Part shown: in pieces, positions 63,689 through 64,000 of the stretch | How positions within the stretch are numbered: the first letter of the stretch is position 1 | Layout: each line of letters opens with the position of its first letter | Assembly: GCA_902595815.1 (NCBI GenBank) | Contig: CACJRL010000006.1 | Location: 4,612-68,611 of the forward strand | Source of the DNA: an uncultured Pelagibacteraceae bacterium | GTDB taxonomy: Bacteria; Pseudomonadota; Alphaproteobacteria; Pelagibacterales; Pelagibacteraceae | Direction of reading: 5' to 3' | Length of the DNA stretch: 64,000 nucleotides | Translations under genes and position numbers: made by a program | The notes under the pieces: generated by a model | Seen by the model: the letters and a program-made list of their open reading frames with translations, nothing else | What the model was told of the DNA's origin: nothing | The model's database searches: none

Positions 63689-64000
63689 TATTTTTTTTTA
63701 TTAGATTATCTATTGCTACAATCTGATTAATAAGATTATCTAATTTATTAAGCGGAACCATATTTGGACCATCAGAAGGAGCGTTATCAGGATCTTGATG
63801 TGTCTCTATAAAAATAGCAGCAACACCCACTGCGACAGCTGCTCTAGATAAATGTTCAACAAATTCTCTTTGTCCTCCACTTTTATCTCCTAGACCACCT
63901 GGTTGCTGAACTGAATGAGTGGCATCAAAAACAATCGGATAACCATTTTTTGTCATTATGGGTATTGATCTCATATCTGTTACTAAAGTATTATATCCAA
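63681..64000 (-). CDS. kdsA: KDO8P synthase (5' part outside the window)
   Basis: [25 protein letters not shown]; upstream of eno. Confidence 0.95.
   Translation of the reverse strand, partial: GYNTLVTDMRSIPIMTKNGYPIVFDATHSVQQPGGLGDKSGGQREFVEHLSRAAVAVGVAAIFIETHQDPDNAPSDGPNMVPLNKLDNLINQIVAIDNLIKKNNV

Overview
A very AT-rich, gene-dense window of a streamlined marine alphaproteobacterial chromosome. Gene content, order and tiny or overlapping intergenic spaces point to SAR11 / Candidatus Pelagibacter (inference, no database search run). Two housekeeping arms (coaD-gyrA-ssb/uvrA, secFD-yajC, serS-tatCBA-scpBA-nagZ-argS-dgt/erpA-xth; and manC-like-ilvD-valS, three tRNAs, aapJQMP, trkHA-ntrXY/ispDF-pgpA-cinA, lipA-ftsB-eno-kdsA) flank a ~22 kb nutrient-stress block (about 19.0-41.7 kb). 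That block holds znuABC-zur with tandem Zur boxes, an ArsR-less arsC-aquaporin-Nudix operon behind a Pho-box-like site, ppk1-ppx, sixA, pstSCAB-phoU-phoB, phoR and the plcP-agt-DAG-kinase lipid-remodelling genes. No integrase, IS, prophage or CRISPR array was seen. The most interesting unexplained signal is two unusually long intergenic regions at the edges of the Pho block (about 25330-25500 and 40692-40850). Each folds better as a minus-strand RNA, ends in a terminator-like hairpin, and carries sequence complementary to the ribosome-binding region of a substrate-binding-protein gene in this window (pstS and aapJ). These are candidate anti-RBS small RNAs; the sequence matches are observed, the function is inference. 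Other leads are a possible SPOR-less mini-FtsN, a possible non-contiguous operon across sixA, a lysine-rich small protein with a very strong Shine-Dalgarno, and a secreted protein of unknown function between phoR and pstS.
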